Positions 1 through 8,747 of a stretch of DNA of 43,732 nt are shown piece after piece. Within the stretch, counting starts at the first letter, position 1. Each line of letters starts with the position of its first letter. The notes under the pieces are model-generated. The model was not told the origin of the DNA. It searched no databases and saw only the letters and a list, made by a program, of their open reading frames with translations. Both the position numbers and the translations under genes were made by a program. The stretch is taken from contig WFND01000064.1 of NCBI GenBank assembly GCA_015484575.1, positions 1-43,732 of the forward strand, read 5' to 3'. This DNA comes from Helicobacteraceae bacterium (GTDB lineage: Bacteria > Campylobacterota > Campylobacteria > Campylobacterales > Sulfurimonadaceae).

Positions 1-115
1 GCGTTAGCGTAGATGGCGGAATTATTTCCGAAACCATAATATAAAAATAGCAAGTTGCGTGAGCTTTCCGCTGAGGAAAACATAGCGTTAGCGTAGATGG
101 CGGAATTATTTCCGA
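1..115. repeat. 31-bp perfect direct repeat GCGTTAGCGTAGATGGCGGAATTATTTCCGA at 1-31 and 85-115 (period 84 bp), upstream of dnaK
   Basis: Read directly. The copies diverge after base 31 (AACC vs CATC). The first copy touches the window edge, so its true left limit is unknown. Confidence 0.85.
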
Positions 116-147
116 CATCGTAAATATTGAATAAAAAAGGATACAAA

Positions 148-2031
148 ATGTCAAAAGTAATAGGTATAGATTTAGGAACAACAAATTCATGTGTGGCAGT
201 TTATGAGGGTGGTGAAGCAAAAATCATCCCAAATAAAGAGGGAAAAAATACGACTCCATCGGTTGTAGCATTTACAGATAAAGGTGAAACTCTTGTAGGT
301 GACCCTGCAAAACGTCAAGCTATTACCAACCCTGAAAAGACTATCTATTCAGTTAAGAGAATTATGGGTCTTATGATGAATGAAGAAAATGCCAAAGAGG
401 CACATGATAAAGTAACATATAAAATTGTTGATAAAAACGGTATGGCAGCTATTGATGTTGCAGGTACTGTTTATACACCTCAAGAGATTTCTGCAAAAAT
501 TCTTTCTAAACTAAAAGAAGATGCAGAGGCATATGTTGGAGGTCCTGTAACTGATGCAGTTATCACTGTTCCGGCGTATTTTAATGATTCACAACGTAAA
601 GCTACTCAAGAAGCCGGTGTTATTGCGGGTCTTAATGTACTTCGTATTATCAATGAACCTACAGCATCAGCACTGGCTTACGGTCTGGATAGCAAATCTG
701 AAGAGAATGTACTTGTTTACGACCTTGGTGGCGGTACATTTGATGTTACCACTTTAGAGATTAGTGACGGTACGTTTGAAGTTTTATCTACTGACGGTAA
801 CGCATTTTTAGGTGGTGATGACTTTGATAACGCTATTGTAAATTTTTTAGCAGATGAGTTTAAATCGCAAAACGGTATAGATTTAAAAGCTGATAAAATG
901 GCTCTTCAACGTCTAAAAGATGCTGCAGAGAGTGCTAAAAAAGAGCTTTCAAGTGCGACTGAAACTGAGATTAACCTGCCGTTTATCACAGCAGATGCAA
1001 CAGGACCAAAACACCTTGTTGTTAAACTTACTCGTGCTAAATTTGAGGGTATGATTGAATCACTTATTGATGAGACGATGGATCATATCAAAGTAGCTAT
1101 GAAAGATGCTGATTTAGATAAAAGTGATATTAAAGAGATTATCATGGTCGGTGGTTCAACTCGTGTTCCTCTTGCTCAGAAAAAAGTTTCTGATTTCTTT
1201 GGTGGAAAAGAGCTTAATCGCAGCGTAAATCCTGATGAGGTTGTTGCTGCCGGTGCTGCTATTCAAGGTGGTGTTTTACGTGGTGATGTTAAAGATGTTC
1301 TTTTACTTGATGTTACTCCGCTTTCACTCGGTATTGAGACTCTTGGCGGTGTTGCTACTAAGATTATTGAAAAAGGTACGACAATTCCTGTTAAAAAATC
1401 TCAGGTTTTCTCAACAGCAGAAGATAATCAACCGGCTGTTAGTATCTCAGTAGTTCAAGGTGAGCGTGAGTTTGCTAAAGATAACAAATCTTTAGGTCTG
1501 TTTGAGCTTACAGGTATCCCATCAGCACCACGCGGTGTGCCTCAAATTGAGGTAACATTTGATATAGATGCAAATGGTATCTTAACTGTTTCAGCAGTAG
1601 ATAAAGGTACAGGAAAATCTCAAGAGATTAAGATTTCCGGTTCATCAGGATTAAGTGAAGATGAGATTAACCAGATGATTCAAGATGCTGAAAATAATAA
1701 AGCAGAAGATGAAAAACGTAAAGAGATGGTTGATTTACGTAATCAAGCTGATGCACTTGTGGTTCAAACTGAAAAATCTCTCCAAGAGATAGGTGATAAA
1801 ATTTCACAAGAAGAAAAAACAGCTATCACAACAGCGGCAAATGATTTAAAAGAGCTTTTAAAAGATGAATCAGCTACTAAAGAGCAGATTGAAGAGAAAG
1901 TAAAGGTACTAACAGAAGCTAGTCATAAAATGGCAGAGCAGATGTACAAAGACAAAGAAGGTGGCGAAGCTGCTTCAGGCGAAGCTAAGAAAAAAGATGA
2001 TGATGACGTTATTGATGCTGAAATCGAATAG
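148..2031 (+). CDS. dnaK: Molecular chaperone DnaK (Hsp70)
   Basis: Full-length Hsp70 translation ([26 protein letters not shown], acidic C-terminal tail). The ATG at 148 ([10 protein letters not shown]) has AGGA 6 nt upstream. The TTG at 127 would add a non-Hsp70 MNKKGYK extension. Confidence 0.97.
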   Translation: MSKVIGIDLGTTNSCVAVYEGGEAKIIPNKEGKNTTPSVVAFTDKGETLVGDPAKRQAITNPEKTIYSVKRIMGLMMNEENAKEAHDKVTYKIVDKNGMAAIDVAGTVYTPQEISAKILSKLKEDAEAYVGGPVTDAVITVPAYFNDSQRKATQEAGVIAGLNVLRIINEPTASALAYGLDSKSEENVLVYDLGGGTFDVTTLEISDGTFEVLSTDGNAFLGGDDFDNAIVNFLADEFKSQNGIDLKADKMALQRLKDAAESAKKELSSATETEINLPFITADATGPKHLVVKLTRAKFEGMIESLIDETMDHIKVAMKDADLDKSDIKEIIMVGGSTRVPLAQKKVSDFFGGKELNRSVNPDEVVAAGAAIQGGVLRGDVKDVLLLDVTPLSLGIETLGGVATKIIEKGTTIPVKKSQVFSTAEDNQPAVSISVVQGEREFAKDNKSLGLFELTGIPSAPRGVPQIEVTFDIDANGILTVSAVDKGTGKSQEIKISGSSGLSEDEINQMIQDAENNKAEDEKRKEMVDLRNQADALVVQTEKSLQEIGDKISQEEKTAITTAANDLKELLKDESATKEQIEEKVKVLTEASHKMAEQMYKDKEGGEAASGEAKKKDDDDVIDAEIE

Positions 2032-2046
2032 ATTTCAGCATCTTCT

Positions 2047-2072
2047 TTACATGTAAGGTCTCTTACATGTAA
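2047..2072 (+). terminator. Hairpin formed by two copies of TTACATGTAA (10-bp stem, 6-nt loop GGTCTC) 15 nt after the dnaK stop; possible terminator, no T-tract
   Basis: Copies at 2047-2056 and 2063-2072. The word is its own reverse complement, so the two copies pair perfectly. The downstream sequence CTAGGCAGATAG is not U-rich. Confidence 0.4.
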
Positions 2073-2206
2073 CTAGGCAGATAGATAAAAATAGATACAT
2101 ATATATGCTCTTATCAAAAGTACAACTATTATCTTATAATACATTCAAGATAAGGGAATTACAAGACGATTGGCCTCAACTAAAGTAGGGCCCTTATCAT
2201 TTACCT

Positions 2207-3541
2207 CTAAAATGGTTGTTTTACCATAACCCACATTGAAGAACCTTCATCTGAAAATGCCATATCAAATCGTAAAGGAACCTTGGCTGCTAAGGCACGA
2301 ATACTAAAACCTGCATCATATTTCATATCGTTTAAGAGTGTAGATATATTGTACTCCGGTGCAACACGTCCTGCTTCAGCAAAAATAACAGCTTGAAACC
2401 AGTCTATGGCTATCGGACTCCATTTTTGATTACGCATAGGATTGAAATTTGGGATAACTCTGTATTCTGTAGCAAAATAGAGTGCGGATTTATCGTTGAA
2501 ACGGTTAGAGTCATAGCCTCTCATTCTGTAAAAACCACCCAATCTAGCACCTTCAAACATAGGTGGTTGATGAGCATCGATTATAGAATTTGGATCATCA
2601 GGATTTAGCTTTTTTGACTTATCCCAAGAGGGAGAATATGCACTCCAAGTATTAAGAGCAATTACATTTTGCCTTGCCCAAGAAAATTTTGGCATCTCAA
2701 TATAGTGTGAGTATTGAGCCTCTATAGAGTTCCAACTTTGAGAGGAATTTGTCCAACCAAAGTCGATTGAAGTTTGTAGCTTCATGCTGTATCCGCGTGA
2801 GGGATTGTCTGGATAATCTGTATTATCATGTATAAAGAAAAAACGAAGACCATTTGTTCTAAATTCTGGTTTTTGAATCAGCTTATCCGCTGTCCATTTG
2901 GTATAAAAATACTCACTTCCAATAGTGCTTTGTCCGGTAATAAAAGGTATTCCTCCTCCTATCTTGTCTCTATTTACAGCTACTCCCCGTTTTAATTTTA
3001 TTGTGGGCAGAACGCTCTCTTTGCTCTCACCCCAAGGCAGTACATATCTAGCATCAAGTTTAAACCAGTTGTTAAACCCTTGTGTCTGAAAAGGGGTTGT
3101 CTCTTTTGGATTGTTTGAGTCAAGGTCTTGTTTTGATTGATGCGAACCATCTAAATATAGTCTCTGATTTGGATAGTAAGCATAAGAGCCTAAAAAACTG
3201 ATAAATGTACGTTTTGAAAAGTTAGGTCTATATCCATCAATGGCAAGTATAAAACCTTTTGCTCTTGAGTATTCAATATTGGTACTATCATCTGAATTTA
3301 ATTTTTCAACTTCTTGAGTTGAACCGATAAAAGCGGTGGCAACGATAGTCATTTGAGGTTGAATATAGCCACTAAATATTCCTACTGCACCTACTGTCAA
3401 ACCCATAGAATCTGTGCTGAAAATGTATGGAAGTGCAATCCAAGAGGAGTGCTTTTTAGAGCTGTTAACATCTTCTACGATAAATTCTGTTGCATTAAGA
3501 TTTACTACTATTAAAAGTAGAAAAATCGTTTTTTTTATCAT
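2207..3541 (-). CDS. Omp85/BamA-family (bacterial surface antigen D15 type) outer-membrane beta-barrel protein without a long POTRA region
   Basis: 444 aa with signal peptide MIKKTIFLLLIVVNLNA. C-terminal motifs GGFYRMRGY, ALYFATEYRV and a terminal ...MVKQPF (aromatic last residue) are typical of Omp85-type barrels. Confidence 0.7.
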   Translation of the reverse strand: MIKKTIFLLLIVVNLNATEFIVEDVNSSKKHSSWIALPYIFSTDSMGLTVGAVGIFSGYIQPQMTIVATAFIGSTQEVEKLNSDDSTNIEYSRAKGFILAIDGYRPNFSKRTFISFLGSYAYYPNQRLYLDGSHQSKQDLDSNNPKETTPFQTQGFNNWFKLDARYVLPWGESKESVLPTIKLKRGVAVNRDKIGGGIPFITGQSTIGSEYFYTKWTADKLIQKPEFRTNGLRFFFIHDNTDYPDNPSRGYSMKLQTSIDFGWTNSSQSWNSIEAQYSHYIEMPKFSWARQNVIALNTWSAYSPSWDKSKKLNPDDPNSIIDAHQPPMFEGARLGGFYRMRGYDSNRFNDKSALYFATEYRVIPNFNPMRNQKWSPIAIDWFQAVIFAEAGRVAPEYNISTLLNDMKYDAGFSIRALAAKVPLRFDMAFSDEGSSMWVMVKQPF

Positions 3542-4218
3542 GGTGTCATATCGACAATAGCTATTTGTGGCTTATCAGGACTATTTCGCTTCTCATATAT
3601 TATTATGAAATAAGTATGTTTTGCATCAAAATTAATAGAGTCATCAAACATAAATGGGGTATCTTGATTTTTGTATTGAAGATAGACAAGAGAGTTTGAT
3701 GCAGCATCAATATAAAATTTTTCTGAAATATTATTAAAAGATGTAAAATCAGATTTATCGCTTTCATAGTTGATATATACTCTCTTTTCAATACCATCAT
3801 TTATAGCATTTATAATTTTTATATAAGCTTTCTGTTCATGAATATCTTTTGCATCAATTGGAGGTATAGCTAGTGGTAGTGTGGAATTTTTAGAATTTCC
3901 CAAAGAGCAGATAAGGTATTTTCCTTTTAGTTTTTGTATTATAGGAAAACTGGTGGCTAAATTATCATCTTGAGCATATTTTATAGTGATGTCATCATCT
4001 TCATACCACCATATTTCATGAGAATCCTGTTTTGAGTATCTTATAGTTTTATTATAATCGTTTATATTGTTGTACTCTATTTGTATCTTCATATCATTTG
4101 ATACATTTCTGGCATTAAATACAATAAAAGTACTTTTATAACTTACATCTGTAGGTTCTGAGGAAGAGCCACAACCTATCAATATTAAAAATGCTAATAA
4201 TGTAAGTATATATCTCAT
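3538..4218 (-). CDS. Lipoprotein of unknown function, translationally coupled to the downstream Omp85-family gene
   Basis: Start moved to the ATG at 4218 (MRYILTLLAFLILIGCGSS, lipobox LIGC), with AGGA 7 nt upstream. Its stop overlaps the OMP start as ATGA (3538-3541). Confidence 0.7.
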   Translation of the reverse strand: MRYILTLLAFLILIGCGSSSEPTDVSYKSTFIVFNARNVSNDMKIQIEYNNINDYNKTIRYSKQDSHEIWWYEDDDITIKYAQDDNLATSFPIIQKLKGKYLICSLGNSKNSTLPLAIPPIDAKDIHEQKAYIKIINAINDGIEKRVYINYESDKSDFTSFNNISEKFYIDAASNSLVYLQYKNQDTPFMFDDSINFDAKHTYFIIIYEKRNSPDKPQIAIVDMTP

Positions 4219-4269
4219 TATAGTTTCCTTTAGCAAATTGTAGTACAATTATCATAAAAAAGGTATCTC

Positions 4270-5193
4270 TTGCAGTTTAACATCTATTTAAAAAATTGTC
4301 GTGAGCAGTTTCATCTTACTCAAGAACAGTTAGTCAGGGAGCTATACGGTAGTGATGAGTTATTTGAAGGTTTAGACATCAGCACTTTAAGTAGATGGGA
4401 GAGGGGAGTAACTCATCCTAGCGTACAAAAACAGATGAAAATAGTCTCTCTTTTTGGTAGTTTTAGCAATAGTATTTTGTCCTGTTTTAATGATATGAAT
4501 AGAGAAGAAGTTGAAAATAGATTATGTAAAATGGGAATTAAAAATATCATAGGCTCTTCCAGAGAGCATATCTTGAATTTTCCTAGTAAATCTTTTAAGG
4601 TAGATGATATTTTGATTAAGCATATCCGTTCAAACAGTGATATAGATAGAGCTTTAGATATGCCATATACCGTTATAGAAAATCTTACGGGCAATGTTTA
4701 TGAGATAAGCTTAGATATGTTGAAATCATGGGCATTACATCCTAGCAATATGTTCTTATTGAGTGAGTATAAGGGACATTTTCACGGATTACTTTTTACA
4801 TTGAGGTTAAAACCTGAAGTTTTTAAACAGGTTATCAATTTTGATAAAAAGATTAAAGAGATAGAGATAGCGGACTTTGCAAATTTTGAGCAGATGGGTT
4901 CAAATATACCTATTGCATTTTTTGCTTATAATGACAAAAGTTCTAGCTTACTGATTTTAAGATATTATGCTCACTTAATAGCAAATCAAAACTATATAGA
5001 GTCTGTAGGAACAACGCCTATTCTTGATGGAGCTAAAAAAATCGTTCAAAAAATGAGTTTAAAATTTTATAAAGAGAAAAAGATTAAACAGGGAGTCATA
5101 TCCTCATATACCGCACCACTATCAGAAGTGCTTATCAATGAAAATGTCTTGAAAATGCTTTTTATGAAACAAGAGTGTCCGGAAGGTTTATGA
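4270..5193 (+). CDS. XRE-family helix-turn-helix transcriptional regulator with an unrecognised ~240-aa C-terminal domain
   Basis: TTG start. The N-terminus (LTQEQLVRELYG...ISTLSRWERG) fits the Cro/C1 HTH pattern. Divergent from the lipoprotein/OMP pair. Confidence 0.6.
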   Translation: MQFNIYLKNCREQFHLTQEQLVRELYGSDELFEGLDISTLSRWERGVTHPSVQKQMKIVSLFGSFSNSILSCFNDMNREEVENRLCKMGIKNIIGSSREHILNFPSKSFKVDDILIKHIRSNSDIDRALDMPYTVIENLTGNVYEISLDMLKSWALHPSNMFLLSEYKGHFHGLLFTLRLKPEVFKQVINFDKKIKEIEIADFANFEQMGSNIPIAFFAYNDKSSSLLILRYYAHLIANQNYIESVGTTPILDGAKKIVQKMSLKFYKEKKIKQGVISSYTAPLSEVLINENVLKMLFMKQECPEGL

Positions 5194-5367
5194 TGTAGCA
5201 TTATTTTGCAACAAGTCTAATATACAGTAAAGTTCAAGTTTTTCTATACAATCATCAAGAAGTTTTAGTTTTAGTAGATACTCATCTAATGTTATATCAC
5301 CAGATGTGTATCTTAGGTAAAGTTTAAAACTTTTTACATGTAAGAGTTTTAATTTGCTTTGTGACAT
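5188..5367 (-). CDS. Possible 59-aa small protein (MSQSKLKLLHVKSFKLYLRYTSGDITLDEYLL...)
   Basis: Below the ORF-track cut-off and found by hand. Its ATG directly follows the stop of the upstream 35-codon ORF (TAAATG). The 3' end overlaps the convergent XRE gene by 6 nt. No homology recognised. Confidence 0.25.
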   Translation of the reverse strand: MSQSKLKLLHVKSFKLYLRYTSGDITLDEYLLKLKLLDDCIEKLELYCILDLLQNNATS

Positions 5368-5475
5368 TTAAAATACTTCATTGTACTGTTTTGGATCTGT
5401 ATCTCTTATGATTTTATATACAAGAAAAACCCATACAACACTAACACTAATCATAGCTAAATCTAAAGCTGTCAT
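5368..5475 (-). CDS. Possible 35-aa hydrophobic peptide MTALDLAMISVSVVWVFLVYKIIRDTDPKQYNEVF
   Basis: Hand translation. AAGGA lies 6 nt upstream of the ATG at 5475. One predicted TM helix followed by a charged tail. Sits in an otherwise empty 450-bp gap. Confidence 0.35.
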   Translation of the reverse strand: MTALDLAMISVSVVWVFLVYKIIRDTDPKQYNEVF

Positions 5476-5645
5476 ATCTTATCCTTTTTTTGTGATAAAG
5501 TAAGTATATGTAATATTATGTAATAATATAAGAGCATATATGAAAAACTTTTTTAAAAAAAGTGCCTATATTTTAAATTTTGTTTTTCGGATAGATATTT
5601 ATTTGTTTATATGATACACTATCATCTAAACAAAGGAAATGAAAA

Positions 5646-7229
5646 ATGAACAAAACTATCATAGTATCAACTCTAATGGCACTATTTATGGCTACATCTA
5701 TACAGGCGAACAAAAATATAACACCGGGATATAACAATAAAATCCCTAAAAAGATAATGACACCGAATGTAGTGCATAGTCGTATAGGTAATTTACACTT
5801 TTATGATGGTATGCCAAATGATGAAACGATCGATAAATTATATGACAATTTAGACTATATGCGTGGTGTGGATGTGTTTTTAAACTTCATACCGGCAGGT
5901 TCTATAGAGGCTATGCGTACAGGTATGGCAAGTATTGGAGCAGACTCTTCTAACAAGATAGTGATTTTTGATGAGTTAATGGACTCTAATGCTCTTTTCC
6001 TAACGGGTAACACCGATACTGTTTATGCTCTTGGTATCTTAGATTTGCAAAAAGATGGTGCAACGGTTATAGAGATACCAAAAGGTGCAGGACCGGGAAC
6101 ACTTAACGATGCTTTTTTTAGATTTGTTGTAGATATGGGAGCACCGGGTCCTGATAGAAAAAAAGGCGGTACTTATATCATCTTGCCACCTGATTATAAG
6201 GGTGAGTTAAAACCTACGCCAAACACTTTTAAAGATAACTCTTCAGCAACAGTTACTATAGCAGGTAAAGAGAAAAAAGTTTGGATAGCACAGTCAAAAA
6301 GTTACACAAACTGGCTAATTTTAAGAGGTTTTTTAAAAGATGGCAAACCTGATGCAGCTACAAAAATGTGGAAAGACGGTCTAAAAATATATCCACTTTC
6401 ACAAGCTTCAAATCCACCAAAAATGCAACATATAAACGCTTCTAAAAAAGTGTTTAATACTATTCATGCAAATAATTATGAGTTCTATAATGAGATAAAT
6501 CATGTTATACAAAAAGAGCCTATAGGCTTCATAGATGCTGAACTTCGTGGACAAGCTGCTTCTATAGGTATTATCAAGGGTAAAAAATTTAACCCTGATG
6601 CTAGAATGAGAAAAATCTTAAATGATTCTATAGCAGTAGGCAATGCAACAGCTCGTGCTATCTGGCTGAAACATCGTGATAAACGTGCTTTTTTCTTTGA
6701 TGATAGACAGTGGTACTCTGGATTTGTAGGTGGTGATTATCGTTGGTTAGACGGTGATGGTATGCGTGGTAGAAATATGGATGCAAGAACGCTCTTTTTC
6801 TACTTTGCTACAGTAAATACTCCCGCAATGGTTTTACAGATTCCGGGTGTTGGTTCAAATTATGCTCAAGTTGCACGTGATAAAGATGGAAACTATCTTC
6901 GTGGAGACAAAAACTATAAGTTACATATACCTGCTAATGTCCCTGCAAAAGATTTTTGGTCTCTAGTTGTATATGATCCTCAAACACGCTCTGAACTTCA
7001 AACATCACAGCCTTTTCCAAGTAAAAATAATAAAAAAGGTGGCTTAGTTTTCAACAAAGACGGCTCAATAGATCTCTATTTTGGTCCAAAAGCACCAAAA
7101 GGGAAAGAGGGAAATTGGATAGAGACCGTACCTTCTAAAGGGTGGTTCGCCATCTTACGTCTTTATGGACCACTGAAGCCTTGGTTTGATAGATCATGGA
7201 AGCCCGGGGATATAGAAGAGGTAAAATAG
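5646..7229 (+). CDS. Secreted DUF1254/DUF1214 domain protein
   Basis: 527 aa with signal peptide MNKTIIVSTLMALFMATSIQA. Its architecture and motifs (NTDTVYALGILDL, GWFAILRLYGPLKPWFDRSWKPGDIE) match my recollection of the DUF1254+DUF1214 family. Confidence 0.7.
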   Translation: MNKTIIVSTLMALFMATSIQANKNITPGYNNKIPKKIMTPNVVHSRIGNLHFYDGMPNDETIDKLYDNLDYMRGVDVFLNFIPAGSIEAMRTGMASIGADSSNKIVIFDELMDSNALFLTGNTDTVYALGILDLQKDGATVIEIPKGAGPGTLNDAFFRFVVDMGAPGPDRKKGGTYIILPPDYKGELKPTPNTFKDNSSATVTIAGKEKKVWIAQSKSYTNWLILRGFLKDGKPDAATKMWKDGLKIYPLSQASNPPKMQHINASKKVFNTIHANNYEFYNEINHVIQKEPIGFIDAELRGQAASIGIIKGKKFNPDARMRKILNDSIAVGNATARAIWLKHRDKRAFFFDDRQWYSGFVGGDYRWLDGDGMRGRNMDARTLFFYFATVNTPAMVLQIPGVGSNYAQVARDKDGNYLRGDKNYKLHIPANVPAKDFWSLVVYDPQTRSELQTSQPFPSKNNKKGGLVFNKDGSIDLYFGPKAPKGKEGNWIETVPSKGWFAILRLYGPLKPWFDRSWKPGDIEEVK

Positions 7230-8005
7230 TGAAATATTTTATTTTACTCCTACTTATGGGGAGTTCTCTTTTATATGCTAAAGAGGCTCATGAACGTGTA
7301 TTAAAAGGCTACCTAGATAGAGAATCTAAACCTAGCAGTTTAAAACTATTAGCTCCAGCACCATCGCCTGATTCTGTACAGGCACTTAGTGATAAAGAGC
7401 TAAGCGAGAAGCTTTTAAAACTTCAAAATACGCTTCGCTGGGAGATGGCAATAGATGATGCTTATGTCTATTTTCCAAAGGCTGCCGGAACTTTTTCATG
7501 TGCTCTTGGAATTGCTATAAACAAGGAACAAACACCTTTCATATATAGAGTGCTTAGCCGTACTCTTACTGATGCTGGATATTCGACAGAAGAAGCTAAA
7601 AAAGCTTACAAAAGGCAACGCCCATTTATGCAAAATCATAAACCAATATGTACACCAGAAGATGAAAAAGCTCTAAGAGCAGACGGCTCATATCCATCTG
7701 GTCACACAGCGTTGGGTTGGGCATGGGGTCTTATTTTAACAGAGATAGCTCCCAAGCATGCCAATACAATTTTACGAAGAGCAAAAGCTTATGGTGAGAG
7801 TCGTATGGTATGTAATGTCCACTGGAAAAGTGACGTAGAAGCAGGAAGAACTATGGGTTCAAGTGTTGTAGCTGTTTTGCACACAAAAAAGGAATTTCTA
7901 TCTGATTTGGCTTCTGCTAAAATAGAGTATAAAAAAGCCGTTAAAAAAGGTCTGAAACCACAAAGAGACTGTAAAAAAGAGTCCCAAGCTTTAAAGTTAT
8001 TTTAA
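7229..8005 (+). CDS. Class A (PhoN/PhoC-type) non-specific acid phosphatase, PAP2 superfamily
   Basis: Complete PAP2 signature: KRQRPF, PSGHTALGW, SRMVCNVHWKSDVEAGR. The likely start is the GTG at 7229 (VKYFILLLLMGSSLLYA signal peptide), which overlaps the upstream stop as TAGTG. The ORF-track start at 7196 lies inside the upstream gene. Confidence 0.85.
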   Translation: MKYFILLLLMGSSLLYAKEAHERVLKGYLDRESKPSSLKLLAPAPSPDSVQALSDKELSEKLLKLQNTLRWEMAIDDAYVYFPKAAGTFSCALGIAINKEQTPFIYRVLSRTLTDAGYSTEEAKKAYKRQRPFMQNHKPICTPEDEKALRADGSYPSGHTALGWAWGLILTEIAPKHANTILRRAKAYGESRMVCNVHWKSDVEAGRTMGSSVVAVLHTKKEFLSDLASAKIEYKKAVKKGLKPQRDCKKESQALKLF

Positions 8006-8133
8006 CTCACTCAAAAGTTATGAAATCTGCTACAGCTTGGAAAGGCTTTTAATTCGTTTTTTTGGATAGACATATTTACAATTTTGATGTATAATAATTA
8101 CAGAGGGTACCTTTAAGATGAAAAGGAGATATT

Positions 8134-8724
8134 ATGCAAGTTAATAACTCAACGAATTTATATGCTTATACAACACAAACACAGGATAATACTGCACAAA
8201 AGCCGACTCAAGAACAACTTGACAAAACTAGAGAAACTGTAGTTGATGTAGTTGGGTATCGCTCAAAAAAAGCACAGATTGATGCTTATGTAAGTGGTAT
8301 GAAACAGGCAAATGAAAATTATCAAGATTTGCAAAATACTCAAGAATACACACAAAATTATACAGATTTTGCATCAGATGTTAGACGTGCTGAAAATTAT
8401 GCAACATATTTAAATAATGCAAGAGAGCCTTCTGACTTGATTAACAGACCAGAACAACCTTCAATTCAACCAATTACAAATCCTGATGATATTACGCAAG
8501 ATAAAGCAGATACTCCTGGTCAAAGTATTGCAGGAATTGCCGGTTATAAATCTACACAAGATCAGATAGATGCTTATAAATCCGGCTCACAGCAGAGTGA
8601 AAGCTCAAAAGGCACTTATCAAAAGACACAAGAGTATGTAACAAATTATAATGAATTTGCAAATCAAGCTCGACAGAGTGAATATATCAATACCTATATA
8701 GAAAATTCAAAATTATTTGCTTAA
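8134..8724 (+). CDS. Hypothetical Q/N/T/Y-rich protein made of two ~60-aa internal repeats
   Basis: AGGAGA lies 6 nt before the ATG. The repeats are GYRSKKAQIDAYVSG...TQEYTQNYTDFA...TYLNN and GYKSTQDQIDAYKSG...TQEYVTNYNEFA...TYIEN. No signal peptide, and no Cys, Trp or His. Confidence 0.6.
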   Translation: MQVNNSTNLYAYTTQTQDNTAQKPTQEQLDKTRETVVDVVGYRSKKAQIDAYVSGMKQANENYQDLQNTQEYTQNYTDFASDVRRAENYATYLNNAREPSDLINRPEQPSIQPITNPDDITQDKADTPGQSIAGIAGYKSTQDQIDAYKSGSQQSESSKGTYQKTQEYVTNYNEFANQARQSEYINTYIENSKLFA

Positions 8725-8747
8725 TTTAGTGTGTGTATAGATAGATT

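Noticed and set aside
127-147. ORF-track start of dnaK at TTG 127 (MNKKGYK extension).
   Set aside because: Hsp70 proteins begin at the [10 protein letters not shown]-type N-terminus. The ATG at 148 has its own AGGA, which lies inside the supposed extension.
554-1453. Short ORFs 554-757 and 1235-1453 in other frames of dnaK. Similar shadow ORFs lie inside other long genes, e.g. 2393-2608, 3603-3800, 4413-4694, 9074-9265, 10820-12187, 14742-15008, 17916-18854, 23100-23336, 23854-24042, 24573-25611, 27390-27596, 29891-30478, 31306-31640, 32458-32709, 33755-33964, 35370-35642, 38972-39187, 39485-39679, 40476-41308 and 42876-43100.
   Set aside because: All are embedded in or antisense to well-supported genes. 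They encode low-complexity Leu/Phe/Ser-rich peptides typical of AT-rich off-frame translation, and none has a recognisable SD.
2032-2206. The 175-bp dnaK-OMP convergent spacer, examined for a tRNA/ncRNA or CIRCE heat-shock operator. The region 1-147 upstream of dnaK was checked as well.
   Set aside because: No cloverleaf-compatible arms and no TTAGCACTC-N9-GAGTGCTAA match were found. Only the motif pair, a short AGGGCCCT palindrome and weak 5-7-bp inverted repeats are present.
7196-7228. N-terminal extensions given by the ORF track: 7196 for the phosphatase, 13252 for the porin-like gene, 21508 for LtaS paralogue 2, 39181 for exbD, 4248 for the lipoprotein and 9491 for the PAP2-like lipoprotein.
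   Set aside because: Each extension lies inside the preceding gene or a promoter element and lacks signal-peptide logic. In each case an internal start gives a canonical signal peptide, lipobox or family N-terminus with an SD or a coupled stop/start.
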